A stretch of 64,000 nucleotides of DNA from Thalia democratica (taxonomy: Eukaryota): NCBI GenBank assembly GCA_965202585.1, contig OZ241827.1:58218001-58282000 (forward strand). Direction: 5' to 3'. The notes beneath the pieces were generated by a model, which made no database searches, was not told where the DNA came from, and saw only the letters and a program-made list of their open reading frames with translations. Position numbers and translations under genes: made by a program. Positions 12,701 to 27,700 of this stretch are shown here, in pieces; position 1 is the stretch's first letter, and each line of letters begins with the position of its first letter.

Positions 12701-15700
12701 TAGTATGATGTTTAATCAAATATTTTTAAATAAAGTTGAGACAAAATAAAGAACTATTAAAGTTGCTGTATTTTTCAATATAATAAAAATTTGTTTTGTC
12801 TAATTTTTTTCTACTGTTTAATATTTTCTACTTCTTAAAAATTAATACTCATGAGTGAGCTAACATTTTTAAGTCTTTTAAATTACTTAATTTTTTTTTA
12901 TATTCCTATATTTGCTTTAATTTTTTAGAGTATTTACCTTTTTTTTTAAAGTTATTTTTTTAAATAATTTTTTGTTTAAAAATAAAACATTTATTTTTAA
13001 ACAAAATTTCCCAAGTTACATTAGCAATTTAATGTAATTGTTATAGAAAAAAGTCTTTATTTAAGATGAAAAAGAGTTTTAAAGTAGGGTTTTTTTTTTA
13101 ATTCTGCACCACCTAAAAAAAATACCACGCGACGCCACTGGTAAGTACGTAATAATGTGTATCAGGGACGTGGCTTGGTACGTTTCTGCAAATCTACAGA
13201 AACGTATACTTATGTGCGAAAAAACTTGCTTTTGTTTCAGCTTAGCTTGAAAAGACTCTGCTTTCTTAGCTTTTAGTATTCATTTATGCTTAGTTTGCAC
13301 TCCTGAGAGATAATTTTGACATATATGTACTCTTTAGCATTTTTTGTGTCGTAAAAAAATTGAACAAATTAAATACATCCAAATTGTAACATTTAGCGCG
13401 TTAAAGCTTTGTTTTGTCAAAAATCTACAATGCAAAATTAAACCTATTGGAAGCTGTAGCTTCAAAAATCAAAATCATACAATTTTATGTTACAAAAACT
13501 TGCATAACTTGTTGTTACTATTGACTACGTTAAATGTTTGATTTTATACGTTTAAATGTTTGAATGAAAACAATATTAATGTTTTTGAGTTAAATTGTGA
13601 TTTTTTTTAATGAATGTTTTCTGGGTTTACACAAGTGGCATGACATAAATAGTCATATGGGGTGTGGAGCAAAATAAATTGCCTTGTATACAGTTATCAC
13701 TCGTACTTCAACATTCAATTTTTGATGTATTAGCATAACTGCGTATTTTCAGATTAAATTCAATAATATTAGAGGTAGTTTAAATTGCTTTGTTACCGCT
13801 AGGACGTATTATTTCAGATGCTTTAGGTTTTGCAGATTCGTAACTTTTTTGAGCTAGCTACGTCCCTGATGTGTATTAAAAAAAAAACCTCTTATATCTT
13901 CCATCTTCACGAACTATTTCGACCACTTTAATTTTATGTTCAGGGATTTCCAAATACCTGCAAAATTTTAAAGTTATATTTAAAACCAACTATTTATTAA
14001 TAATCTAATTCGCGATAGAGCAAAAAGATGGTTTTTCTAACAGAATTGTTTTTCTTATGAAGCTGAAGCTTTAATTTTGTAAAAAGATATATATAATAAC
14101 TTAACTAAAAGTAACAATTGATTGAAATATTATACTTCGAAAAATATTTCGTATACTTTTGTGCTATATTACAATCGACTCTTAAAATTTACCTTACTAT
14201 ATAAATCTTACACATAATCATCATGCACTTCAGTAAAAAAACAATTATTTTTAATAATTACTGACATTTAATCTACAATTTAATTTTTTACATTCTATAA
14301 ATAAAACAAACGAACAGAGCGAGGTTTTTGACCAAATTGGCGCCGAAGAACTCGTCGACCGTGACGGCGGGAAATCCGAACGTGATGACGATGAGGGCGG
14401 AAGTTTTGATGTCGATTGCGTCCGAACCCCTAACCACCACGTACAAAATGTCGTTGGCCATGTCCATAAAGTTCGCTCCCGTTGATCCTGTGTATTGTTT
14501 TCAGGGTTATTTGGAATTAATGATTTTTTTATTGTTTTTAGCATATAAAGATATTCGTACAACACATTTTAAAACATTTAAATAAACTTATTAAAAAAAA
14601 ATTTATAAACATATAAAACTGTGATACTTTAAAAGTTAAGTTGTTTATTTTATTGCAAAAACGATGCATAGTTATTTTTATTTTTATATAAGATTTATTG
14701 CAGGTATACTTTATTTTATGGCAAACTATATATACACATGTTTATGTATAATATTTTTATTTGAATATATAATAAAATTACCTGCTGAAAGGTCTGGGAT
14801 TTCGCTTTCGTTTGGTTCAAAGTAATTATCTGCTTTGTATACATCTAACTTTTCTGGTTTCGGGTAGCTATTTAAGAAAAACGTATTAGTCGTACATAAA
14901 TACAAGAGCATGTTAAATAATCTAAATCTATACTATTTTAACATAAAACTCTACATTTTAGATAAAAAAAAGGTGTAAAACACAATTTATTAACTAGATT
15001 CAAATTAAATTAAATGATTTTAGCTATTTTCAGACATATATGACATAAAAATTGATTAAAAATATATTTAAACGTACAAGCATAACTTTAAAACTTGTAA
15101 AAAACTAATTGCTCAAAAATACATCTCAAAATAGGTTATCTCTGTTGTTGCTAAAAATTATTTGTTCGTAGTAAGTAGAAATATCTGTTAATTAGACAAA
15201 CTAAGAAGTCATGCATTCAAACTGACTAAATTCCCAATCTGACGGCTTGAGTTTCATCGGCGTTGATGAGATGGAGCCTGAGGTCGCGCGGCGGGTACCC
15301 GGTGAAGTAGAGGTCGTAGTGGGTGTCGGTCGCTATCAGCGCGAAGAAGGTCGACAGCCGCTTCTGGCACGTGTAGCCCGCGCACCAGCCGTGGTCTTGC
15401 GGTCCTGAAGGTTGTCAACTTGTTCAAATTAAAAGTTCAGGGAGGTATGAAGTTTTGCAAGCAAATTGCTTTACACCTGCGGTTCTTAACCGTTTTATCA
15501 TGTTTCACCCCTTTTTGGGAAGATTGTTACCATGTTTACCCATTTTTGGAAAACAACTACCAAGTTTACGTTCAATATACAAAATAGTGTTTAATTTCAG
15601 GATTTAAAGGATTTTTTGAACTTTAAGCTTATTAAATATATAAAGTCGTAAAATTTAAAAAGTCTGTTTAATTAAAAAAAAATTACAGTAAGATACTAAC

Positions 15701-18700
15701 TTTAAAACTAAAAATAAATTAATAACTTTTTATTCACATAACTTGTAAAAAAGAAAACTTTACCCATAAAGCAAGAGAATTTACCCCCAGGGGTAAATTT
15801 ACCCCTGGTTAAGAATCACTGCTTTAGACTATACATTTATTTATTTAGTGCACCAACCATTGGTCCTATGAAAGAAACAAATTAAATATGTTTGTAGTAC
15901 CAACGGATGTTTTGAAAAGTTAAAATTGTGTTTTTTAGCTTTAGTTTTGTAATTTTTTGTATTTGTGTCAATAGGTGCAAGGCTGTTATTTTTCAAAAAC
16001 CAACTGTTTCTAAAGCTATCAACAACCCAGGCAACTGACCATTGTTGAGATCGATGTAGCGGTTACCGAGCAACGCCACCGGAGAAAGCCTCCTCAGTTC
16101 AGTGTCTTCGTCCATGCTTTCGATCACCAGCATCGTGTAGTCCTTGCCGTTTCCGCTGCAGTCGAACGCCTGCCACTTTTCCTTGTACGTGCAGTTTCCA
16201 GTGTTCACTATGCCTGTTGAATTTTGAATGGGCTCAATTGAGCTTTGGTATTAACGTTTCCGCAACTTGATATGTACAGCAATTTTTTGAGACATGTTTG
16301 GCAAGTGCAATGGTGGTGCTTAAATTTTACGAGGTTCAAAAATCCTAAAAAACAAATTTTTAAAGTATAAAAAGCATGAAAGCTACATAGAGTTTCAACT
16401 TAATTTAAGCAATTAAAAAAATTACATTTTACTAAAAAATTAAAGAAAGAAGCTATTTTACGTTCATCGTTTAAAAACAAAATATAAGGCAACAACTGTT
16501 TTAACATACCTCTGTGATCAATTATATCTTCCACGGGTATTCTGCTCCCGTTTGTTCTCGTCAGCATCGTCTTTGGAATCCTGTAATCTCCCAAACCCCT
16601 CTGCTTCATCGAATTGTCGTCCCAACCGTATGCGGCCTTTATAACATTAATATTTTTAGATAGTTTTTTTTTGAACTGTATGCAACCCTTAAATTTTATT
16701 ATCGATTATACAATTGCAGAAAATCATTTACTGCATTAGTGAACGTAAAATAATAAACGTCATTTTCGTGGTAATCTGTAGTTAACAAGACTCTTTTAAC
16801 ACTCATTGATAAAAAAACACCATACTTTTATAACCAACAGCAACCAATAGTAGTCAATAAAAATAGTATGTGCTAACATCGGGAATGATTGATCCCGGTG
16901 ATCCGAGCAGGGATCCGTCGGTGTCTTTGATCAGGACGTTTTTGTGGGCGTCGCACTCCATGTCCACGCAATCAGACGGATTTATCTTGCTGGGTAAATG
17001 CAAGGACGTTATAAGTAGTTTTATGAAACTGTTCAACATTTACAAATAAAGTATTTGTTTAACTTATTTCTATAAAAAGTAATGTAAAAGCGCCTTACTA
17101 ATGTTTTTATGTAAATGCTAGTTGTCAAGAGCATCAAAATTACAAATAGTCCAATAAATTAAAACTAAATTGTTTTGATTACATTAACAAAAAATTGTTC
17201 ACAGTCTTTCTACAGTAGTTCACTACTTGTTTAAAAAGGAACGATTTTGATGAAATTATTGTTTAACTAAATTATTCGACAATTAATTAAGACTTACCCA
17301 AGACTGGGTCGCAAGTACAGCACGATGGAGTCATCTTCGACGTTTTCCAGTGTTATTTGTGACAAGTAGGTCGGAGGGTAAGCGTCTTCGTTGGATTTGC
17401 TCGACTGGAACACCAGGTCCCTAGAACTTTCGGAGTTCTTATTGAAACCGTAGAACGTAGAGTCTGAATAAATAAATGTCTTTGTTTAGGGAATATAAGT
17501 AAGTGGAAAGTATATAACTTTTCGTCAAGTAGCTAAACGTCTACTTGAACAATTTAATGAAATTAATCAATTATATAATGAAAAATGGTTATATTTGATA
17601 AAAAATGACCAGTTCAGTTGTTCTAATTGATAAATATTTTCTTTCAAATTATTTTTCAAATAACATAAACAAAATATCAAAGTTATCAAAATGAAACATA
17701 TAGAGTTATAGCACTCGTGAATATTTTCTTATTCTAACACAACACCAACTGTGTATTTCCAGTTTTCCCCTGATTGCCGGGTAGTTCATGTTTTTCAACC
17801 AGCCCTTGTCGGGCGCGCCCGTCAGCCCGCTCTGAAACAACGGCAGCAATATTCCTACCTTGCCTCCTGTTTGCGACCTCGGTGGCTTCTTGCTCGCCGT
17901 CCTATGAAGTACAATTAATTAATAACAGTTAACTAAATAGTTATTTTTATATAAGTTCTTTTTCAATTTTTAGATAAATAAGTAAAACTTGAACGTTTGA
18001 AACTTATTTAATTAAAAGTTTAAGTTCTTTGTCTAGTTTGTGTTTCGATTAATCATTTGTATAATCATGTTTTTGTATTTTTTAGGAATTGAAGTATCAA
18101 TTTGAACATTTGCAACTTATCTAATTATAATTTAAAGTTTTGAAACAGTTAAACTATTTACTCCAGGGTTTCCCAAAGTGGGCGATATCGCCCCCCTGGG
18201 GGCGATTTTAGTATTTCGGGGGGCGATAATTAGCAAGGGGGCGAAAGGGTGGGCGATAACTAGTAAGGGGGCGAAAAGGGGGCGATTTTAAAATTTTGGG
18301 TTGTCATAAAATTTTTACTTTTTATTTTGCTATTTTACTAATTTTAGATTGCTATTAAATATTTGACCCTGTGGTAAAACTTAAACAAAAAAGTTTATTG
18401 TGTTTATGTAAAATATAGAGAAAAAATCAAGTACTTATGACTCCTGCTTTCAAGTTAATTACATATTTTCAATTATATATTTTTTTAACACTTACATAGA
18501 TCATAGACGATCGGAACTCATTTAACTATTTTTTAACCTTACATATATGTAATTTAGGATCATAAATGGCTTTTAAAAAACTATGTTTTCTACTCATGAT
18601 ATTTCCAATTGTTTTTTGAAAAGTCATTAAGTGAGACTAAGAAATAAAACTATACAGCCAATTTACCTAGAAAAACCTGGAATTTGACAATTTAGGCAAA

Positions 18701-21700
18701 AAAAAATTTTAACTTGGAATTTTTAACAATTTCAACATATTAAGTAGTAAAATTTGGATTTGACACAAAAAAGCTATCATATAGATAAAAATATGGATCC
18801 CTTCGTGGCAGATCTTTTTAAAGTAAACGACTCACAGAAAACCTTCTCTGACTTACAAACTGGCCTTGAACTTAAAGTAATTTTTTCCAAACAACGAAAT
18901 GAAAGCTTTTGGACTCAACAAAAACTAAGGCAAAAGTATCCAATCATTTGAGAGGAATTTAGATTGTTGTGTATAGTTTTTCCTTCTAGCTATGTTGTTA
19001 AGAAAGCTTTCAGTTTAGTTATCAACATCTTGAGCAAAATATCTAATCTAGATATTTATAAAAGAGGTGACTTAAGGCTCTATTTGACTGATTTAGAATC
19101 AGATTAGAAAAACTTGCAAGCATTCATGAACCTCATCCTTCGCATTATATTAGAATTCAGTAGCAGATATTATTTTATGAAGGTTTATTTATTTAATTGA
19201 TCTTTTAAAATACTTCTTGTTTAACCTGGTTTGTATAGTATTTAAGTAGTCTTTTTATATTAAAATTTTTTTTTAAGTTATTTATTCTATAACAGGTTTG
19301 CATAATGTCTAATAAATATTAGTTACGGTAGACTTCCTCTTGAGTTCGCACTTTTTACCCAAAAAAAGTGCAAACTTATACTTTCTTAAACATAACTTAA
19401 ATAAAGTCTATTACTAATTAAAAATTATTAAAACAAAAAATACACAATATTTAATAGCTTATATAAATCTTTTTTTTTATGAATGTTTGTTTTATGTTTT
19501 AGTTGATTTCATGTTCATTCATAACGTTATTGCATATAACATATTTAATTTTATCATTTTGTAAAAAAAATGGTAATAATTTTTGAGTTTACACTTTTTT
19601 ATTTTGTTCAAAGTTCGAATTGAAGAGGAAGTCTACTGTATTTATAAAATGTTTTATGTTTTAAATATGTTAATAGCTTGATTTGACCTGGTTAATTTTG
19701 TAGTTTATATTTGTCGATTTACATTACACTAAAAGTTTTTATAGCATAGTGGTTAAAGTATTTGTTTAAAAGAAATTTATTTGACATATTTTTGTTATTA
19801 CTTGTTTAATCTGTAGCAATAAAAAAACTTTGATAACCATTAAAGTTTTTATTTCAAAAATTATTTTTGGTTTTAAAAGAGTATAGATTTGATGTCTCTA
19901 TTTGAAATGACTTAAAATTTTTCATTTAAAAGATATTTAAACTCAAATTTATTTTCTAACTTGATTTATTACTGTTAATAAATCTATATATTAAATAATT
20001 TTAAACTATTAATTCAACTTTTTTTGTTTTATTTAATTTTTATATATAAGCAATTAAAATATGTTATTTATTTTAATAGTTGAACACTAGCTTTTAGTTT
20101 TTCACTATTTTCTTCTGGTAAGTTATAATAGGCTAATAACTAGAGAAAAAATAAAATTAAACGGTATTAAATAAGCAATCAAAAAGACTGCTACAGTTAC
20201 AAAAGAAAGCTTAACACAACTAAAAGATTTTTTTAATCAATTACTTTCTGTTCACAAAGTTAACTGTAAAACATTTGATTTTTTTTGAATTTAAATGAAG
20301 AAAAAAAAATTAAAATTAAGGTTTAGTTTCTTGAAGGTTATTTTAAGTCAAATACTATTTAATGGTATTCTACTAGAAAACATATAGTTTAAAAAGTTTA
20401 GAATTGAATTTTTAATTTTTCAACTTACTTGCTTATAATATATCTCAGCATTGAAATTAATAATTTTACTGCATTAACAGAAGCTATTTATAAACACACT
20501 TTTCAAGTGAGATAATCAACCAGTCGGTCAAACTTCCTAAAACTGGATCAGCAATAATGTTTTAATATCTATTTCATTATGTTTAAAAAAATCTGTTCAT
20601 TCTTTTATAGTTTTTGAATCTCTGATATAGATAATTTAGAATATACCTATTTATTATACCTATTTAATAATTATAAAATAATTTAAGTATTTTGTGCGGC
20701 TTAAATAAGTTACTTAGTATTCACTCAAAATGTCCGAAATTCGTTAATTGAGAGATAGTTATAATGTCAGGTTTCAGTTAAGATTTCAGATGGGTAACTT
20801 ACGGTCCAGATCCAATCAAATTTCGACCCGCCAAGTAACTTGGAACTACTTGTGCAAAATAAACAAAATTTAGTTTTTTGATGCTTATGATTTTGAAATA
20901 CACTTTCAATTTGATTTTCAGTTACTTTAGTATTTCCTAGATCACAATAATAGTAAATCATAAATCATTTTATCTTAATTATGCTCGAGTTTTTTAGTTT
21001 TCTATATGTTATTTTTTTAAGTTATGCAGCCCGCAATTACATTTTTTTAACGAGTTGAAACAAGAAAAGATTTTTTAGTAAATATGAATTGCTGACTACA
21101 AAAGTTGTCCACCACTACCCTAAAAGTTTCATTAGTTACAAAACAATTCATATTTAAACAGGATTGATTACTTATTACACAAGGCTTTTTAATATTTAAG
21201 TATTTTAATACACTTTACTGGGCTTATAAGAAAACAACAGTACCTTATTTTCTTAAGCCCTGGAAACTACTTTGAACACAGCCCAAAAGTGCGTGTATAA
21301 GAAATACCAGACTAAATTACATTTCGAACACAACTTTTTTGGCTCAAAAGTTTGTACTTAAGAGAAAAACTACTTTTTAAAATCGTGGGGGGCGATTATT
21401 ATTCAAATTTCTGAAAAGGGGGCGATTTAGTAAATGAGTTTGGGAAACCCTGATTTACTCTAACATGTTATAATAACCCTAAAGTTCAAACCTTCAAGAA
21501 AAGTTAAATTTTAAATCTTTAGACATATACTTAAGTATATGGTTGCTTTTCTAGTCAAATAGTGTATATTACTAAAACAAGTTTTTATGAAAGCCTTATA
21601 ACTCAATTTGAAATTTTAAACTAACATTTCGTATACTAAATATACTTAAAATATTGATAATTTTCAAGTCTAAAAGCTTTTACATAGTATAATTCATTTT

Positions 21701-24700
21701 TTGAAATACCAGATGGTTTTCTTTTAAACACGTCAACTTGTTTTTCGACTCAACAACGCCAACTAACGGTGAAACGTGGCGGATTAATAAACTTCTGTCC
21801 GTGCTTTCGTCCATGGTGTCCACGCTCTCGTCGAAATGGTCGCTTCGCCCGATCAGCAGCAAGTTTTCCACTCGAGCGTACTTGTCCTCGTACAGGTGGG
21901 AAAGAGACGGAGGTCCGTACACCAGTGGCGTGTAGTCCATGTGCTGTTGGAAATTTTCATTGTTTTTAATTTGAATTTTGACTTATATAGCTTACAGTTA
22001 GTGTGTTGTCCTTTATACGGTTTTCAAGTTTGTTAAAGGTTCATACCTTTGGTTTTATAAATGACTTTAAGAAACAACGATTGCTCTATAACTGTATTCT
22101 ATGGAAGGGTTAGTAGAAAGCTATTAAAAATTTAAATATAAAAACTAATCAAAACCAACTACAAAACTTAAATATTTATTTTGTTAATATATTTTAAAAG
22201 TACCAATTTATCTACGAAACTTTACCACACAAAATCTCACCCATGAATCTGCGATGATGGTGTCTTTCAGCACGACGTTGGACGGCGTCTGGTGGTAAAC
22301 GCCAAAGTCCCAGTTCTTGTAAACTGTGAATCCGTTCAAAATGACGCACTTCATGCTCTCATCCCCCTTGAATATGTGGATTCCGTGCAAGCACCCGTGC
22401 GCAACGTTTCCTGTAAAAAGTTTTTTTATTATCAAGTTTGTTAATTATTATTTACCTTTCTTATTATGAACTTTATTGGTTTCTTTGATACATTTGTATT
22501 AACTTCTTTTATTTGTTGATAAAAGTGTTTTTTTATTGATATATTTACAAGAATTGAAATTATTTGTCCAATGAAGATCGAAAATTTTAATTTTTGAGTA
22601 TAATGACTTTTAAAAAAACCGACCGCTCCATTTAGTTTCGGCGTCGCAGTCCTGCCCGTTGGTCCTGTACCCGAGCCTTTCTGACCCGGCCGCCACGTTG
22701 TTAACAAGCGTCGTGTTCCTGCCCTCTACCAGCTTGAAGCTCGCGTGCCAATCCTGAATGAAATTCGTGATTAGTGTAAAAATTCTATAATTATGACTGA
22801 GTCCAGTTTAAAGTCATTTTTGAAAATCTTGTACAACTCTCAAGTATTTTTACCAGGTTGTTTCTATTTTCGAACCGGTCCCAGTAAGCTCCCCTCAGCA
22901 TGGCTTGAGCCACCAGGTTGTGCTCCACGACAATGTCATCCCCTCCTATCCTTATACCTGTATCAAAACAACACTAGTCATCTTTTATAACAAATTATAT
23001 TTAAATTTAAAAGTACTTAGATGTTTTTTTTTGTTATTTCATCGCACTATAGTGTATAACATGCTTAAAAACAACAATTAAGCTATAAAATTAAATCTTG
23101 TAAAACAACGAAACAAGTTTTAGCTCAAACCGTCGTGAATCGGCCTGTGTACGATGTTGTTCCTCACTTCGATCCCTTGCGCCCCGAAAACACCGATACC
23201 CGTGGAATAGCTGTCGTGGAAACTGCACCCCTCGACGAACGAGGGCCTCGCGCCGAGCACGGGTCCCGTGTTAACCCACGACAACGCGAATCTGGGGTCG
23301 TAGGTTTCGGTGAAACCCTCCTGGCCGGCCCTGTGAAACTCCACGTTGGTGAAGCGGCCCCAACCTAAAGTACAAAAAAAGCACCTAATAAACATTATTA
23401 ATCATTTTAAATATTTCATTAATTATTATACTACTTAAGTTGACTAAAATTTTAAAAATAATGTTCAAAATTCATGAGCTAATATCGCAATTTTTATTTC
23501 ATGAGGCAAAACTTACATCGAAATTTATTTTTTACTGTTAATCTACATAACGTGAAATTTGTCCTAGTAGCTATTTATATTTAATTATAACAACAAACCA
23601 AAGATATCTGTAGCAGCAGGAATAAATCCCACCAAAACGCGAGCTCCAAACGCGTCTTTGTCTATCGTGTCGTATTCTTTTCCTAAAATTTATTATGGTG
23701 ACGTAATATTTATAAAAAATTAAAATCCATATTTTTGATAACTTTGTAGATAATATTTTAGCGTTTTTTTATGTTCTTTATATTAGAAAAATTAAAAAAA
23801 TTTAAACTTTCTAGTAATTTATTTAAAATTTTAGAGATATCAAAATAACTACATGTTTCAAGTTAAAGCTGTTTGTATAAAAATTAGCATTTCTATAACA
23901 AAAAACTAAAAACAAAATTTAATCAAAACAAAGTATTGTAAATGTATTGTTAGCATGTTTCCGATTATAACTTCAACAAAATGAGACTATTTAGCAAGCT
24001 TACTAAAATTTATACGCCCATTGAAAATTATCACCTTCTTCAAAGTAAATTTCTTTCATTAATAAAGCAACCTCTTTTTTCTCAACAAATCAAACTAAAC
24101 AACTAACCAACAATCTTGATGTTTCTGGTAAGCAGGCCGACTTCAGCTCTCATGTCAAATGTCCTGCCGTTAATAGTGTAAGTTTCTCCCATATGCCTGT
24201 GCTCCAACGCCGAGTCCAGTCCCAACACTGCACCCGACTTCGACACGATCACCCGCTTCTCAGTTTGGTTTGACCTTATTCAAATAAATTTATTTGCTTC
24301 TTTGTCGTATTAAAAAAATCTATAGAAATTTTTAGTAAGGCTCTCTTTAACTGTTTTAACACAAGACACAAAAGCAGTCAAAAAGCATATAATTAGTTTA
24401 CTGTAACGTATCAAAAAAAAAATCAGAAAAGTTTAAGTTATAGTTTCCTTAGTTCATATTAAATTTTCACTTGCTTATTCACAGTCTTTGAAATTTGAAA
24501 GCTTCGTGTAAATGCATTCAAACAAAACTTAAAATTTGAGTATTTAAATATTGCAATTAAATAGTTTCAACAAATATCTACAGGTAAAAACAGAACAGTT
24601 GAATGACTACATCAGCTTATATTTACAAAACAGTAAGAACATACACTTGTGCGATTAACAAAACTAACGCGTAGCTCGTAGTGGTTATAACAATTTCGTC

Positions 24701-27700
24701 TCCCACGTTCCATTCCACTTCTTCCGTCAGCTTGATGCTGGCACTTCCCGCCTCAACTGTCTCCTCCAGGTTCGTCCAATGAACGTTGTGGTGGATCCCG
24801 TGGAAATCGCACCCTCCGAAGCAACCGATCGCTTTCCTGCCCAGTGTTACTCCTGTTGAAATTAATATACTATCAGTGCATATTGTAGAATGTTACTCTT
24901 ATACTTTTATACTGTTATACAGATAACAGTATAAAAGTATATCAAAGTATAATAAAAGTATAAGAGTAACATTCTACAAACATACTCGTAAGGGTTAAAC
25001 CTGTGAAAATGCATTTAATTTAAAATGACTAATTATCTTTGATCAGTATGCCTCTGATATTACGAATATGTCTGAACGTCTATCAATTGAAGATACGAAA
25101 TAACATTTAAATTTATTATTATAACTAAAAAAGAAGAAAATTATATATCATTTAATATAACGGCTATAATTGTACTAATTAAATTTAACATTAACTTAAA
25201 ATACCAAGCACAAGATATGTATAAAGTATTCTTTTTTTTTTATTAGACACATGTTCAACTGACCTGTGAAGTCGACTTCTTCAACTGTATCAGACCTTTC
25301 TCCCGCCAAATTAATTGTCAGCTTTTTCAGGAAAGGATCTTCAGGCACGTGACCGGCAATTAGTCGACCACCCTGGTAGAAAAAACGTTTTATATATTTA
25401 CATTTGTAGCACTTTAAACACCTCAACCAGAAAACTTATCTTAAAGTTTAATAACGCCTTTTAGGTGTTATTGAGTTAATCAATAAAATTTATCTAATTT
25501 TTTAGGAAAATTTGAAAAACATTATTCTTCGTATACGATCAAACTGGTATAAACAGTTGTAGTTTAATCGTTGTAATACTTGACTAACACTTGTTTAATT
25601 GAACTGTTTTCAACCAAAATAATAACAAAAATTACACTCAAAAATAAACACTACTAACGGCTCTTTTTCAATAAAAATATTTCAGAAAACAAATTGTAAA
25701 CACTTCTCACAATTACCGCAATAAAAATTTAATAAAACTAAAAAAAAATAAAAGGTTGACTAACGATAACTTGTATGGTGGTGGCGTTGAAAGTGAACTG
25801 TTCGAAGTCGACATCCGGTTTGAACTGGACCACCCCCTTGACGACCAGATGGGTCAGTTCGACCGTTGCCACGTCAACCAGGCACCAGCAAAGGTCGATG
25901 CCATCTGCAGACCTGAGGATTTCAACCGTCAACGAGTCTCCATCCGTCTGTGTGAATATAAAAATCGTTTTGAATAACTCAAACGTAAAATAAAACGCAA
26001 ACTTTTGGACAATACTTTGACTCAGTTATTTATGTACAACTATGTAAAGTTTAAATTTAAGTGGAATAAAAATCTAAAACTATGTACCTTCCTTGTATTG
26101 AACACCTGCATATAGTTTGTATTTTTAAACTATGTAATATGTGCTTAGTTAAAAAATAACATAAAAATTTAACAAATCAAGCTAAACTGACGGTAATTTC
26201 AACGCACGGGTGTCCCAACTCCCTCTTATTTCTGCCACTGGAGGGAAACGTTATGTTGCTCCAGTTGAACGCGTTCTCGGGGGTTTCCCTTCCCGGCGGC
26301 ACCGCGTCGCCTCCCACGTCCGGCACGCATCCCGCGTTCTTGCAACTGAAATATTTGTATTTAAATTTGTACTAAACGTAAAAAGAACTTTTCGATTGGA
26401 AAGTTCTTCCAGCAAAAGGTCACTGAACAAAAGGTTTAAAAAATGACCCGTTTAACAGTTTAATAATGCAAATAAGTTATGCAAACAAGTTACTAAAACA
26501 AACTTTCCGTTACTGAAAATCAAACTTTATAATTTTCACCGACTTATATATAATACAACTGACCGGTAAATGTTTGGTACGACTGCAACGTGCTTTATAT
26601 TGTCATCGACAACTTCCAAAGCTCTTTTCTCTTTCTTGCCCCCTTCCGTGTTGCCCACCTTGTAGTCCAGGTTCTTCGTCAGCGGGTCGAAGTAGAAGTC
26701 CAAGTTTTCGCTGTCGGTCGTCAGTGGCACCGTGTCACCCACTTCCACAGCTGCCGGGCCCAAATCCACTCTAATATTTTGTTATGTATTCTATGATAAC
26801 AATGTTAATTTTCTTTTCAGTTATACTTTTTTGAGGCTTCTTTCATTTGAACAGAGCTGCGTTGAGGTTTAATATGGTTTCAAATTTGTTTTTCAACTTG
26901 TTAGTAATATTTTGCACTATACTATTTTTCAACTTAACAAATACCAATTACATAATAAACTAACACGTCAGGAGCGGATTCGAGTTCATGCCTCATTATG
27001 ACGTAATCGCCCGGCATGAAGTCGTAGTACTTGGCAGTGTAAGAAATATTGGTGAACCCGTCCGCGCCCCTCCAGTTTATTTCGTGCAACTTTTTACTGT
27101 ACAACAACGCCATCCAACCTTTAAAAAAATTTTCAATTTTAATTAAATTATTCGATTTTGAAATTATTTCAATTTTTACAAATAATTTTTTAACAGTTTT
27201 AAAAATTGTTCTAAACAATTTGCATAAATATTTTATCGTTTCATTTGTTAATATCAAACCTGGTTTGTGGGTCATTCTTTTGGGGGCGTAGGTGACCGAG
27301 GAGGTGCCGAACTCGTTAGTTAGGAGAAGATCCTTGGTGAGAAGCGATCTTGGGATGGTCCCCATCATGGCCAGCCTGTGAAATCTTGTCTCTGGAGGGC
27401 AGAGTAGAGAAGAGAAACTGCCCCCTGAAAACTCGACACCCTCAAGTTTCTGTTAGAAAAAAATACATCAACATAGAATATTTTGAGCATAGCGCTTATT
27501 ACTTTTCACATGTTTATTCACTATTCATTTAACCATTTTTTTATTTTTATTTCCTTACATTTCACCTATAAATGTATACACTTTTTTTTTTTTTGAAATT
27601 TAAGCAAAACACATTACTAGCCGTTCCAACAAAGCTTATAACAATTGACAAAAAAACATCAAAAAAGAAGTGAAGCGCAAGTAAATGAGCTATGATTCAA

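Noticed and set aside
13141-13148. TSD GTAAGTAC creating a perfect splice donor
   Set aside because: It is on the plus strand, antisense to the host transcript.
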